From Candidatus Latescibacterota bacterium (GTDB taxonomy: Bacteria > Latescibacterota > CBDEFO01), in NCBI GenBank assembly GCA_965248755.1, contig OZ252149.1, forward strand, positions 1,056,001-1,120,000: a stretch of 64,000 nt of DNA, read 5' to 3'. A program made the position numbers and the translations under genes. Below are positions 49,136-58,773 of the stretch, piece by piece; position 1 is the stretch's first letter; every line of letters begins with the position of its first letter. The notes beneath the pieces were generated by a model. It worked only from the letters and a program-made list of their open reading frames with translations. It was not told the DNA's origin and did no database searches.

Positions 49136-50452
49136 ATGACAATCATAATCTCTGCTGCAATTGCCCTATTAATTCTTTCCGCATTCTGCCTTACCGACGA
49201 TTCTGTGGCGTTGCCCAGAGCCACGTCAGCTATCGTTATGGGATGGCAGCCACATACGGTCCGACAACTCAACGGCTCGGCCCAGCAAATCCGGCTGTCT
49301 TCAAAGTTCCAGATCATCTCTGCAAAGAGTCGCCATCGGGTAGCGACCATCCCCTACCTTGTCTATATGCCGGAGAAGGATCGGCTGCTCATGCTGGCCA
49401 ATTATGATTATCCGCATCGCCCCTTTACTATGACCAGCGACGATCATGGAGACAGTTGGACTGCTCCGCGTCCGCTGACCCTCGACAAGGATGGCAAGCC
49501 TGCCGGTGGCCTGGGGCTGGGCCTAGCTTATCTTGGCAATGGGAATGCACTCTTGTACTCGGGCCGCGACCGCTGGTTCAGCAGGGACTACGGTAAGACC
49601 TGGGGCGATACGGCTCGGATAGCCCCGCCTTCTGACAGAAGCTATTGGGCCCCCTGGCTCCCACCGTTGGTCGAGCGAGACCACAAGACCAGCAAAGTCA
49701 GCCGGATTGCGGAGACGGGCTACGCCTGGTTCAAACCTCCCGAGGTCAAGCACGACTATCAGCAGGGCTACATCCGCTTCAGTACTGACGAAGGGAAAAC
49801 CTGGAGCAAGGACATAAAGGTGCCGCAATGGAAAGAAGTCAGTGAGGTCGCTCTGTTTCGCGCCGGCAACGGTAACCTGCTCGCTGCTTGCAGGACCGAC
49901 CTTCCACCCGGGGTCACAGGAAATGACCACTACGAAGGGCTCGGGATCTCCATCTCTAAAGACGATGGCCGCACTTGGTCAACTGTCGAGAAACTCTATA
50001 ATTGGGGTCGCCATCACCCGTCCCTGCTCCTGATGCCCAATGGGGACATCGTCATGATTTATGTCGTCCGCGAGGGATACGTCAAGGACAAGAACGGGTT
50101 CAAGCAGTTCGGAATCGAAGCTATCGTCAGCCACGACCACGGCCTGACGTGGGATCTCGACCACAAGTACATCCTCCACGCCTGGGTAGGTAACCGTACG
50201 GGGGAGAAGGACTACTGGCCGGCCCCCTATTGTGCCTCGTCGAGTCTGCTTCCGGATGGATCAATCATTACCGTCTTTGGTACCGGCTACCGGAGTGAGC
50301 CCGGTCCGCCGGAGGCTCCGAACCGGTTCGCCCCAAGAGACCTCGGGCTGGTGCAGTGGAGGCTGAACCCTGAACCTGTAAACTCCGATCGGGAAATTCG
50401 TGACGCCCCATTCGACTCTGATCTCCGAAACATCTTTGATCCCTCGTCTTGA
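49136..50452 (+). CDS. Secreted Asp-box (sialidase-fold) protein
   Basis: Signal peptide, five Asp-boxes, SEVAL...ACR. Confidence 0.85.
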   Translation: MTIIISAAIALLILSAFCLTDDSVALPRATSAIVMGWQPHTVRQLNGSAQQIRLSSKFQIISAKSRHRVATIPYLVYMPEKDRLLMLANYDYPHRPFTMTSDDHGDSWTAPRPLTLDKDGKPAGGLGLGLAYLGNGNALLYSGRDRWFSRDYGKTWGDTARIAPPSDRSYWAPWLPPLVERDHKTSKVSRIAETGYAWFKPPEVKHDYQQGYIRFSTDEGKTWSKDIKVPQWKEVSEVALFRAGNGNLLAACRTDLPPGVTGNDHYEGLGISISKDDGRTWSTVEKLYNWGRHHPSLLLMPNGDIVMIYVVREGYVKDKNGFKQFGIEAIVSHDHGLTWDLDHKYILHAWVGNRTGEKDYWPAPYCASSSLLPDGSIITVFGTGYRSEPGPPEAPNRFAPRDLGLVQWRLNPEPVNSDREIRDAPFDSDLRNIFDPSS

Positions 50453-50583
50453 GGTCAATACGCCCCGAGTGCTACCTATGCGACTACTTGGAGCCGGGAG
50501 CGTTCTCCTGCCTGTTTAATGAGAGTAATTATCGGTAGTCTGTTTGTTCTTTGACTGAACTTTGAAAACTGAAAGGACTCGAC

Positions 50584-52392
50584 ATTAAACTCAATTGTCT
50601 TCGTGTAATAGCTGTTATGTTTTGCATTGCGTCCATTGTAGATGATGCCGGTGCGGTGGACCCTGCGGCAGCGGAAGAAACCGATATCCTCAAGATCACC
50701 GTGGGTGAACCGACTCTGCTCGACCCCCGGAGCCAACAGAATACCGCCAGTCTCGCCGCCTCGCGAACAGGAGCACTGATCGTCTTTTATCCTTTTGGGC
50801 CCAGGGAGTATCGCAAGTGTCGCATTTCAAAAGACGCCGGCCTGACCTGGGGCAAGCCGACGGATCCTCCGCCTCATGAGGGTGGTGCTCAAGAAATCGG
50901 GCTGCGCGATGGCGGCGTGCTCAAGATTGGCAGTGACGCTACTCCTACCCCAGGAAAACCAGACTGGTTTGATGCGAAAACCTTTAAAATGGTCGACGAT
51001 TTCAGGATCAATAGTGACACGGGGAAAGTCGATCATGAAACATTTACAGCCAAGATACATATGCCGAATTCTATAGCCTCTCTTGACTCACCATATCCAG
51101 GTATGTCCAAAGGCCCAATCATCCAAGTACCCAACGGGGATCTGTTAATGCCGATGCATGGCGGCTTAACGGGTGATCGCGAAGATGTACACCGGGCATA
51201 CCTTGTCCGATCTACCGACCACGGCAGAACCTGGTCGTATCACGCGAGCATCGATCATACCCCCAAGGATCCCAACCCGGAACTTCCCGGTCAGTACACC
51301 GGCTCCTGCGAGCCGAGTGTCGGGCTTTTGCCCAACGGTCAGATGTTGGCCATGCTCCGCGAGCAGGGTGCCCATTACCCGGGCGAATACAAACCCATGT
51401 ACGTGTGCTGGTCTAATGATTTGGGCAAGACCTGGACCAAGCCGGCGCCCACCAAGCCGCACCTTATGAATATCTCGCCGACCCTGCAGGTGCTGGACAA
51501 TGGCATAGTGGCCTGTCAATATGGTCGGCCGGGCTTTCATGTAGCCTTCAGTTTAGACAACGGACATACCTGGCAAGACCGCGTTAGTCTCTCACCATTC
51601 CCTGTCCGGCCAAGCCTTATCAATCCAAAGACAACGTCCGGGCCGACCGGTACAGGCCAGTATGACATGGAAAAAGCTGGTCCCAACAAATTGGTGGTAG
51701 TAGGCAGTGACGCCGAGGGCACAAAGGTTTGGCCAATCACGGTGGAACGTGTGAAGGTATCGCCGGCTCGCGTAGACTTGACTGGCTGGGTGTTGGCCCA
51801 GCAGGGCGGCCCCGATCCCGATCCGATGGCGGGTGTGAAGGTGGAACTGAGCCCGAATCGCTACACCCTCGACTCCTGGCTGGAGGATCCCGAAGTACTG
51901 GACGCCTGGAAGGCTGCCCCCAGGACAATCGGCTTACCCCAATTGAGCTATCTGTCGATCCGTAAAGAAAACGGCTATCCGACGGTGAAGACGGACGCCA
52001 AGGGAGACTTCCGCTTCGAGTCCGTCAAACTTGGTGAATATGTCCTGACGGTTGAAGCTGACGGTTACACCCCCCAGCATCGACACATCAAGGTCGGACC
52101 CCAAGCTAAACCACAGGAGTTTCGCTTGAATGCTGGCCGAAAGATTTGCAACCAGGTTGTAGATGAGAAGGGTAAGCCGGCTGCTGGTGCATGTGTGGTG
52201 CTGAACAATTGGCACATGCACACAGATGCCCAAGGTTTCTTTCACTGGTCGTTGGAGAACCCGCTTCCGGAACAGGTATCGGTCAAGGTTTACAAGCGAT
52301 ATGGTGGTGGCCCAGTTCGTATACCTCTGAAGCAGCATTACACGGTTTCGCTCTCGCAGATCGAGAGTCAGCCGATGATCCTGAGCCGCTAG
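50584..52392 (+). CDS. Asp-box propeller + carboxypeptidase-regulatory-like domains, paralog A (ATT start inferred; first ATG 50617)
   Basis: Four Asp-boxes, CEPS, YGRPG, TDAKGDFRF. Confidence 0.85.
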   Translation: MKLNCLRVIAVMFCIASIVDDAGAVDPAAAEETDILKITVGEPTLLDPRSQQNTASLAASRTGALIVFYPFGPREYRKCRISKDAGLTWGKPTDPPPHEGGAQEIGLRDGGVLKIGSDATPTPGKPDWFDAKTFKMVDDFRINSDTGKVDHETFTAKIHMPNSIASLDSPYPGMSKGPIIQVPNGDLLMPMHGGLTGDREDVHRAYLVRSTDHGRTWSYHASIDHTPKDPNPELPGQYTGSCEPSVGLLPNGQMLAMLREQGAHYPGEYKPMYVCWSNDLGKTWTKPAPTKPHLMNISPTLQVLDNGIVACQYGRPGFHVAFSLDNGHTWQDRVSLSPFPVRPSLINPKTTSGPTGTGQYDMEKAGPNKLVVVGSDAEGTKVWPITVERVKVSPARVDLTGWVLAQQGGPDPDPMAGVKVELSPNRYTLDSWLEDPEVLDAWKAAPRTIGLPQLSYLSIRKENGYPTVKTDAKGDFRFESVKLGEYVLTVEADGYTPQHRHIKVGPQAKPQEFRLNAGRKICNQVVDEKGKPAAGACVVLNNWHMHTDAQGFFHWSLENPLPEQVSVKVYKRYGGGPVRIPLKQHYTVSLSQIESQPMILSR

Positions 52393-52508
52393 AGCTAGGG
52401 TAAGCGGTTTTCTTGCTTGGGCGTATCCCATTGCTCTATAGGCTATGCTTCAGAGATTTTATCGGATGCACTAGGCCCTCCGCTTGATTTTTGAAGAAAA
52501 AACAGTGC

Positions 52509-52680
52509 TTGCAAAACAGCACGGCACGTGTATATTACCAAACAGATTGAGGATTTGGCGTTTTGCCACCGAGTGCGCTGCCCGGTCAGGCGAAACGCTG
52601 CAGGTCCCAAAGGGCCTGAACGGTTAAGGATATACAAAGTGACTTGGGAAATCCCAGTTAGTACTTGAGTAGTCTGTTTG
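52509..52680 (+). ncRNA. Promoter plus ~140-nt multi-branched structured leader RNA of unknown class
   Basis: TTGCAA-16-TATATT; caaacagatt/agtctgtttg closing stem, cgagtgc/gtacttg inner stem and four hairpins. Confidence 0.55.
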
Positions 52681-52717
52681 TTCTTTGACTGAACTTTGAA
52701 AACTGAAAGGACTCGAC

Positions 52718-54511
52718 ATTAAACGCAATTGTCTTCGTGTAATAGCTGTTATGTTTTGCATCGCGTCCATTGTAGATGATGCCGGTGCGGTGGACCCTGC
52801 GGCAGCGAAAGAAACCGATATCCTCAAGATCACCGTGGGTACGCCGACCAAGCTCACTCCTCAGATCTTTCAGAATACCTCAGCCATAACCGGGTCACGA
52901 ACAGGAGTCGTGGCTGTCTTTTATCCAAAGCCGCCACGCGGGGTCAAGAAATATCGCGTTTCAACAGACGCCGGCCTGACCTGGGAGCCGGAGATAAACG
53001 CTCCGGCTAATTGGAGTGGTGCTCAAGCAATCGGACTGCGCCAAGGCGGCGTGATAAAGCTTACGACTTACGTCTTTCCTATCAAAGGGGAACCCGGCTG
53101 GTATGATGCGGAAACTTTTCTAGGCACCGACAATTTTACGAAATGGAAACAATTTATAGCCAAGATATATATGCCGGATCATATAACCTCTACTGACGTA
53201 AAATATCCGGGTCCGTCCAAAGGCCCGATCGTCCAAATACCCAACGGGGAGTTGCTAATGCCGATGCATGGCGGCTTAACGGGTGATGACCGCACCGTAG
53301 ACCGGACATACCTGGTCCATTCGAGAGACCAGGGCAGGACTTGGCGGTATTACGCGAGCATCCATTACGCCTCCAAGGATCCCAACCCGGAATTACCTGG
53401 TCGGTGGGCCGGCTCTTGCGAGCCGAGTGTCGGGCTTTTGCCCAATGGCCAGATGCTGGCCATGTTGCGCACGCAGGGCACCCAGTACCCGGGCGCATAC
53501 AAGCCCCTGTACGTCTGTTGGTCGAATGATCTGGGCAAGACCTGGACCAAGCCGACGCCGACTAAGCCGCATCTGATGTGTATCCAACCGACCCTGCAGG
53601 TGCTGGACAACGGCGTAGTGGCTTGTGTATATGGTCGGCCGGGCTGTCACGTAGCCTTCAGTTTAGACAACGGACGTACCTGGCAAGACCGCGTTACCTT
53701 CTCGGACCTACCAACCCCCCCCATTACGGGCCAGTTTGATATGGCAAAAGCTGGTCCCAACAAGCTGGTGGTAGTAGGCAACGACGCCGAGGGCACGAAG
53801 GTCTGGCCAATCACCGTGGAACGGGTGAAGGTATCGTCGGATCGCGTAGCCTTGACTGGCCAGCTGGTGGACCCACACAGTGGCAATCCGATTGCGGCTG
53901 CGAATGTGGAACTGGGCCCAAATCGCTACGCCCTCGATTCCTGGCTGGAGGACCCCACACGACTGGACCACTGGGATGCTGGGCCCAGGACAATCGGCTC
54001 ACCGGTACTGGGATATAGATCGATCCGTAAAGAAAACGGCCATCCGACAGCGCAGACGGATGAGCAGGGAAACTTCCGCTTCGAGTCCGTCAAACTTGGC
54101 GAATATGTCCTGACGGTTGAAGCTGACGGCTACGCCCCCCAGCATCGGCACATCAAGGTCGGACCGAAAGCCAAACCACAGGAGTTCCGCTTGAAGCCGG
54201 GCCTAAAGGTTTACAATCAGGTTGTGGATGAGAAGGCTAAGTCTGTTGCTGGTGCATGTGTGGTGCTGAATAATGAGCACATGCACACTGATACCCAAGG
54301 TTTCTTTCACTGGTCGGTGGAGGCAGGGAATTTTGATAAGCTGACGCGGTCTCGCCAGGTACGTCCGTTGTTTAATTCGCTACCGAAAGAGGTGTCGGTT
54401 AAGGTTTACAAGCGGTTTGGTGATGGTGGCCCATTTCGTGTGTCACTGAAGCAGCATTATAAGGTTCCATTCTCGCAGATCGAGAGTCAGCCGCTTATCC
54501 TACGCCAGTAG
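52718..54511 (+). CDS. Asp-box propeller paralog B (ATT start inferred; first ATG 52751)
   Basis: Same architecture as A, C and D. Confidence 0.85.
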   Translation: MKRNCLRVIAVMFCIASIVDDAGAVDPAAAKETDILKITVGTPTKLTPQIFQNTSAITGSRTGVVAVFYPKPPRGVKKYRVSTDAGLTWEPEINAPANWSGAQAIGLRQGGVIKLTTYVFPIKGEPGWYDAETFLGTDNFTKWKQFIAKIYMPDHITSTDVKYPGPSKGPIVQIPNGELLMPMHGGLTGDDRTVDRTYLVHSRDQGRTWRYYASIHYASKDPNPELPGRWAGSCEPSVGLLPNGQMLAMLRTQGTQYPGAYKPLYVCWSNDLGKTWTKPTPTKPHLMCIQPTLQVLDNGVVACVYGRPGCHVAFSLDNGRTWQDRVTFSDLPTPPITGQFDMAKAGPNKLVVVGNDAEGTKVWPITVERVKVSSDRVALTGQLVDPHSGNPIAAANVELGPNRYALDSWLEDPTRLDHWDAGPRTIGSPVLGYRSIRKENGHPTAQTDEQGNFRFESVKLGEYVLTVEADGYAPQHRHIKVGPKAKPQEFRLKPGLKVYNQVVDEKAKSVAGACVVLNNEHMHTDTQGFFHWSVEAGNFDKLTRSRQVRPLFNSLPKEVSVKVYKRFGDGGPFRVSLKQHYKVPFSQIESQPLILRQ

Positions 54512-54607
54512 ATGGCCGGTTGCCATGCCGCGAGACGTCGTTACAGGTTTCCATTCGGACCAACGGGCCACTGTTTGGCTGAGCTTTAGAAACTGAGAGG
54601 ACTCGGC

Positions 54608-56377
54608 ATGAAACGCAATTTTCCTTGTCTGATAGCTGTTATGTTTTGCATCGCAGCCATTGTTCCCGATGCCGGTGCGATGGACCTTGCAGTAGCCGAA
54701 GAAACCGAGATCCTCAAGATCACCGTGGGTACGCCGACCAAGCTCACCCCTCAGCGCTATCAGAATACCTCAGCGGTAACCGGGTCACGAACAGGAGTCG
54801 TGGCTGTCTTTTATCCAAAGCCGCCCCGCGGGATCAAGAAATATCGCGTTTCAACAGACGCCGGCCTGACCTGGGGGCCGGAGATAAACGCTCCGGCTAA
54901 TTTCCACGGTGCTATGAGCATCGGACTGCGCCAAGGCGGCGTGATAAAGCTTACCACTGAGACTCCTCCTGTCGAAGGGAAACCCGGCTGGTATGATGCG
55001 GAAACTTTTCTAGGCACCGACAATTTCACGAATTGGAAACAATTCATAGCCAAGATATATATGCCGGATCATATGAACTCTACTGACATAAAAGCGCCGT
55101 CAACGGCCAAAGGCCCGATCATCCAGCTTCCCAACGGGGATCTGCTGATGCCGACGCAGGGCGGCTTGACGGGTGATGACCCCAAACGAAACCGTGCATA
55201 CCTGCTCCATTCGAAAGACCAGGGCAGGAATTGGCGGTATTACTCTAGCATTGATTACACTCCCAAGGATCCCCACCCGGAACTGGCGGGTGCGTGGATC
55301 GGCTCCTGCGAGCCGACTGTCGCCCTTTTGCCCAATGGCCAGATGCTGGCCATGTTGCGCACGCAGGGCACGGAGTACCCGGGCGCATACAAGCCCCTGT
55401 ATGCCTCTTGGTCGAATGATTTGGGCAAGAACTGGACCAAGCCGACGCCCACTAAGCCGCATCTGATGTGTATCTCACCGACCCTGCAGGTGCTGGACAA
55501 CGGCGTAGTGGCCTGTCAATATGGTCGGCCGGGCTCTCACGTAGCCTTCAGCTTAGACAACGGACGTACCTGGCAAGACCGGGTTAGCTTTTCAGATCTG
55601 CCGGAACCGATCATTACCGGCCAATTTGATATGGCAAAAGCTGGTCCCAACAAGCTGGTGGTAGTAGGTGCCGATGCCGAGGGCACGAAGGTTTGGCCAA
55701 TCACCGTCGAACGCGTGAAGGTGTCGTCGGATAGCGTACCCTTGACTGGCCAGCTAGTGGACCCACACAGTGGCTATCCGATTGCTGATGCGAATGTGGA
55801 ACTGGGCCCAAATCGCTACGCCCTCGACTCTTGGCGGGAGGACCCCAGACGGCTGGATCACTGGAATGCTGCAGCCAGGGCAATCGGCTCACCGGTACTG
55901 GGATATAGATCGATCCGCAAAGAAAACGTCCATCCGAAGGTGCAGACAGATGCCCAGGGAAACTTTCGCTTCGAGTCCGTCAAACTTGGTGAATATGTTC
56001 TGACGGTTGAAGCCGACGGCTACGCCCCCCAGCATCGGCACATCAAGGTCGGGCCGGAAGCCAAACCACAGGAGTTTCGCTTGAATGCTGGCCGAAAGAT
56101 TTGCAACCAGGTTGTGGATGAGAAGGGTAGGCCGGTTGGGGGTACATGTGTGGTGCTGAATAATGAGCACATGCACGCTGATGCCCAAGGTTTCTTTCAC
56201 TGGTCTCTGGAGGCTCCGCTACCGAAACAGGTGTCGGTCAAGGTTTACAAGCGGTTTGGTCGCGGTAACGAAACCCATGAAGGTGGCCTAACTCGCGTAG
56301 TTCGTGTGTCTCTGGATCAGCATTATGCGGTTCCATTCTCGCAGATCGAGAGTCAGCCGCTCATCCTACGCCAGTAG
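54608..56377 (+). CDS. Asp-box propeller paralog C
   Basis: Signal peptide MKRNFPCLIAVMFC; same architecture. Confidence 0.88.
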   Translation: MKRNFPCLIAVMFCIAAIVPDAGAMDLAVAEETEILKITVGTPTKLTPQRYQNTSAVTGSRTGVVAVFYPKPPRGIKKYRVSTDAGLTWGPEINAPANFHGAMSIGLRQGGVIKLTTETPPVEGKPGWYDAETFLGTDNFTNWKQFIAKIYMPDHMNSTDIKAPSTAKGPIIQLPNGDLLMPTQGGLTGDDPKRNRAYLLHSKDQGRNWRYYSSIDYTPKDPHPELAGAWIGSCEPTVALLPNGQMLAMLRTQGTEYPGAYKPLYASWSNDLGKNWTKPTPTKPHLMCISPTLQVLDNGVVACQYGRPGSHVAFSLDNGRTWQDRVSFSDLPEPIITGQFDMAKAGPNKLVVVGADAEGTKVWPITVERVKVSSDSVPLTGQLVDPHSGYPIADANVELGPNRYALDSWREDPRRLDHWNAAARAIGSPVLGYRSIRKENVHPKVQTDAQGNFRFESVKLGEYVLTVEADGYAPQHRHIKVGPEAKPQEFRLNAGRKICNQVVDEKGRPVGGTCVVLNNEHMHADAQGFFHWSLEAPLPKQVSVKVYKRFGRGNETHEGGLTRVVRVSLDQHYAVPFSQIESQPLILRQ

Positions 56378-56473
56378 ATGGCCCTGTTGCCATGCTGCGA
56401 GACGTCATTCAGGTTTCCATTCGGACGAACGGGACACTGTTTGGCTGAGCTTTGAAAACTGAAAGGACTCGGC

Positions 56474-58222
56474 ATGAAACGCATTTTTCCTTGTTTGATA
56501 GCTGTTATGTTTTGCATTGCAGCCATTGTTCCTGATGCCGGTGCGATGGACCCTGCAGCAGCGGAAGAAACCGAGATCCTCAAGATTACCGTCGGTACGC
56601 CGACCAAGCTCACTTCTCAGAGCTATCAGAATACCTCTTCAGTGCTCGTGTCGCGAACGGGAGTGGTGGCCGCCTTTTATCCAACGCCGCCCAGGGGCCG
56701 GCCGATGTATCGTTTTTCAAAAGACGGCGGCAAGACTTGGGGCAAAGAGTTGGATGCCGCCGGATCACATTGGGGAGGGGCAGTGCACGTCGGGCTGCGC
56801 GATGGTGGTGTGCTCAAGCTTCGGAGTGACACGCCGCAAACCAAAGGAAAAACCGGGTGGTATGATGTGAAAACGTTTAAGTTCACCGACGATTTTACGA
56901 GTTGGGAAACCATTATGGGCAAGATGTATATGCCGAATCATATGCCATCTCTTGACGTAAAAACTCCGAGTGCCGCCAAGGGCCCCATCATCCAGCTTCC
57001 CAGCGGCGACCTGCTGATGCCGATGTACGGCGGTTTTAAGGGCGATGAGAAAGATGTACACCAGGCGTACCTTGTTGATTCGACCGACGAGGGTAAGACG
57101 TGGCGGTATTACGCAACCATCGACTATAGCCCAAAGGATCCCAACCCGGAGCTGCCGGGTCAATACGTCGGCGCCTGCGAACCAAGTGTCGTTCTATTGC
57201 CGAATGGACAGATGCTGGCCATCATGCGGAAGCAGCTTGCCCATTTCCCCGGTGAATACAAGCCCCTGTACGTGTGCTGGTCGGATAACCTGGGCAAGAC
57301 CTGGACCAAACCGACGCCGACCAAGCCGCATCTGATGAATATCTCGCCGACACTGCAGGTCCTCGACAACGGCGTGGTGGCAGTTGAATATGGTCGTCCG
57401 GGATTTCACGTCGCGTTCAGCCTCGACAACGGCCATACCTGGCAAGACCGGGTTAGCTTTTCAGACCTGCCGGAACCGATTATTACCGGCCAATTTGATA
57501 TGGCAAAAGCTGGTCCCAACAAGCTGGTGGTAGTAGGTGCCGATGCCGAGGGCACGAAGGTCTGGCCGATCACCGTCGAACGTGTGAAGGTTTCACCGGC
57601 ACGTGTGGCGCTCGAGGGCCGCATCCTGGATCCGGAGGGTAATCCGATTGCAGGCGCGACTGTTCAGCGCGGCCCCAACCGCTACGCGCTTGACTCGTGG
57701 CTGGAGGACCCCAAAGTACTGGATTCCTGGAAACGTCGTCCCAGAACAGTTGGCACACCGGTAATGGGATACCGACCGATCAAAAAGGAAAATGAATATC
57801 CGGCCGTAAAGACAGACAAGGAGGGACGTTACCGCTTTAAGTCCGTCAAGCTGGGTGAATATGTCCTGACGGTTGAAGCCAACGGTTACGCCCCCCGGCA
57901 TCGGCATATCAAGGTCAGACCAAAGGCCAAGGCACAGGACTTCAGCATGAAAGCCGGCCGGAAGATTTCCAATCGCGTTGTGGATACCAAAGGAAAACCG
58001 ATTGCCGGGGCCTGTGTCGTGCTTAACAACTGGCACAGCCACACTGACCCCACTGGTTTCTTCCACTGGTCACTGGAGGATCCGCTGCCGAAAACGGTGA
58101 CGTACAGGGTAGACAAGCGGTACAGTGCCGAAATCCGCGGTTCGACAGCCATGAAGTACGGGACGTTGAAAGGTACGGTGCCGCTGTCGACGGTCGAGCT
58201 ACAGCCGATGATCCTGCGCTAA
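56474..58222 (+). CDS. Asp-box propeller paralog D
   Basis: Signal peptide MKRIFPCLIAVMFC; same architecture. Confidence 0.88.
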   Translation: MKRIFPCLIAVMFCIAAIVPDAGAMDPAAAEETEILKITVGTPTKLTSQSYQNTSSVLVSRTGVVAAFYPTPPRGRPMYRFSKDGGKTWGKELDAAGSHWGGAVHVGLRDGGVLKLRSDTPQTKGKTGWYDVKTFKFTDDFTSWETIMGKMYMPNHMPSLDVKTPSAAKGPIIQLPSGDLLMPMYGGFKGDEKDVHQAYLVDSTDEGKTWRYYATIDYSPKDPNPELPGQYVGACEPSVVLLPNGQMLAIMRKQLAHFPGEYKPLYVCWSDNLGKTWTKPTPTKPHLMNISPTLQVLDNGVVAVEYGRPGFHVAFSLDNGHTWQDRVSFSDLPEPIITGQFDMAKAGPNKLVVVGADAEGTKVWPITVERVKVSPARVALEGRILDPEGNPIAGATVQRGPNRYALDSWLEDPKVLDSWKRRPRTVGTPVMGYRPIKKENEYPAVKTDKEGRYRFKSVKLGEYVLTVEANGYAPRHRHIKVRPKAKAQDFSMKAGRKISNRVVDTKGKPIAGACVVLNNWHSHTDPTGFFHWSLEDPLPKTVTYRVDKRYSAEIRGSTAMKYGTLKGTVPLSTVELQPMILR

Positions 58223-58310
58223 GACGTAGGATGACATGAGGCCAGACGTCATTCAGGTTTCCATTTTACCTGCAGTTGCATTGTGCATAGGCAATACTAG
58301 TGTTACATAG

Positions 58311-58449
58311 TTCGACTGTTTCACTTCGCATGAGGCCCAAAACTGTAACCTCTTATTTGAGAGTGACTTGCGAATCAGTGCGTAATTGCCCGCCGAGTAC
58401 CATAAGTGACTTGGTTTAAATGCGTTAGAAACAAAATGCAACAGTCGAA
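58311..58449. mobile_element. MITE-like element (~140 bp)
   Basis: Terminal IR ttcgactgtt(t)ca / tg(c)aacagtcgaa; abuts a truncated gene. Confidence 0.55.
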
Positions 58450-58708
58450 GTAGGTAACCGTAAGGAGTCACATCACTGGAAGGCAAGCAGCCAGGGCACC
58501 TCTTCGACGCTGCTTCCGGACGGGTCAATCATCACCGTCATCGGATACCGTAGTCATGCCGGTCCGAAAGTGGAGAACCACTTCACCCCGAGAGACATCG
58601 GGCTGGTGCTCTGGCGGCTGAACCCTGAACCCGTAAACAACGATCGGACAATTCGCGATGCGCTATTCGACTCTGATCTTCGCAACATTTTTGATCCGTC
58701 GCAGTAAG
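58450..58708 (+). pseudogene. C-terminal fragment of a third 40319/49136-type Asp-box gene
   Basis: VGNRK...LLPDGSIITV...PRDIGLVLWRLNPEP...DSDLRNIFDPSQ*. Confidence 0.85.
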
Positions 58709-58773
58709 GTCAATGGGACCTGTCTATGGCGAACAACACGCAGAGTGCTAGCTATGCGATTTTTCAATAACCA

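Noticed and set aside
50584..58222. Diversity-generating retroelement as the cause of paralog variation
   Set aside because: No reverse transcriptase or TR/VR pair in the window; differences span whole genes, include indels and are not adenine-restricted.
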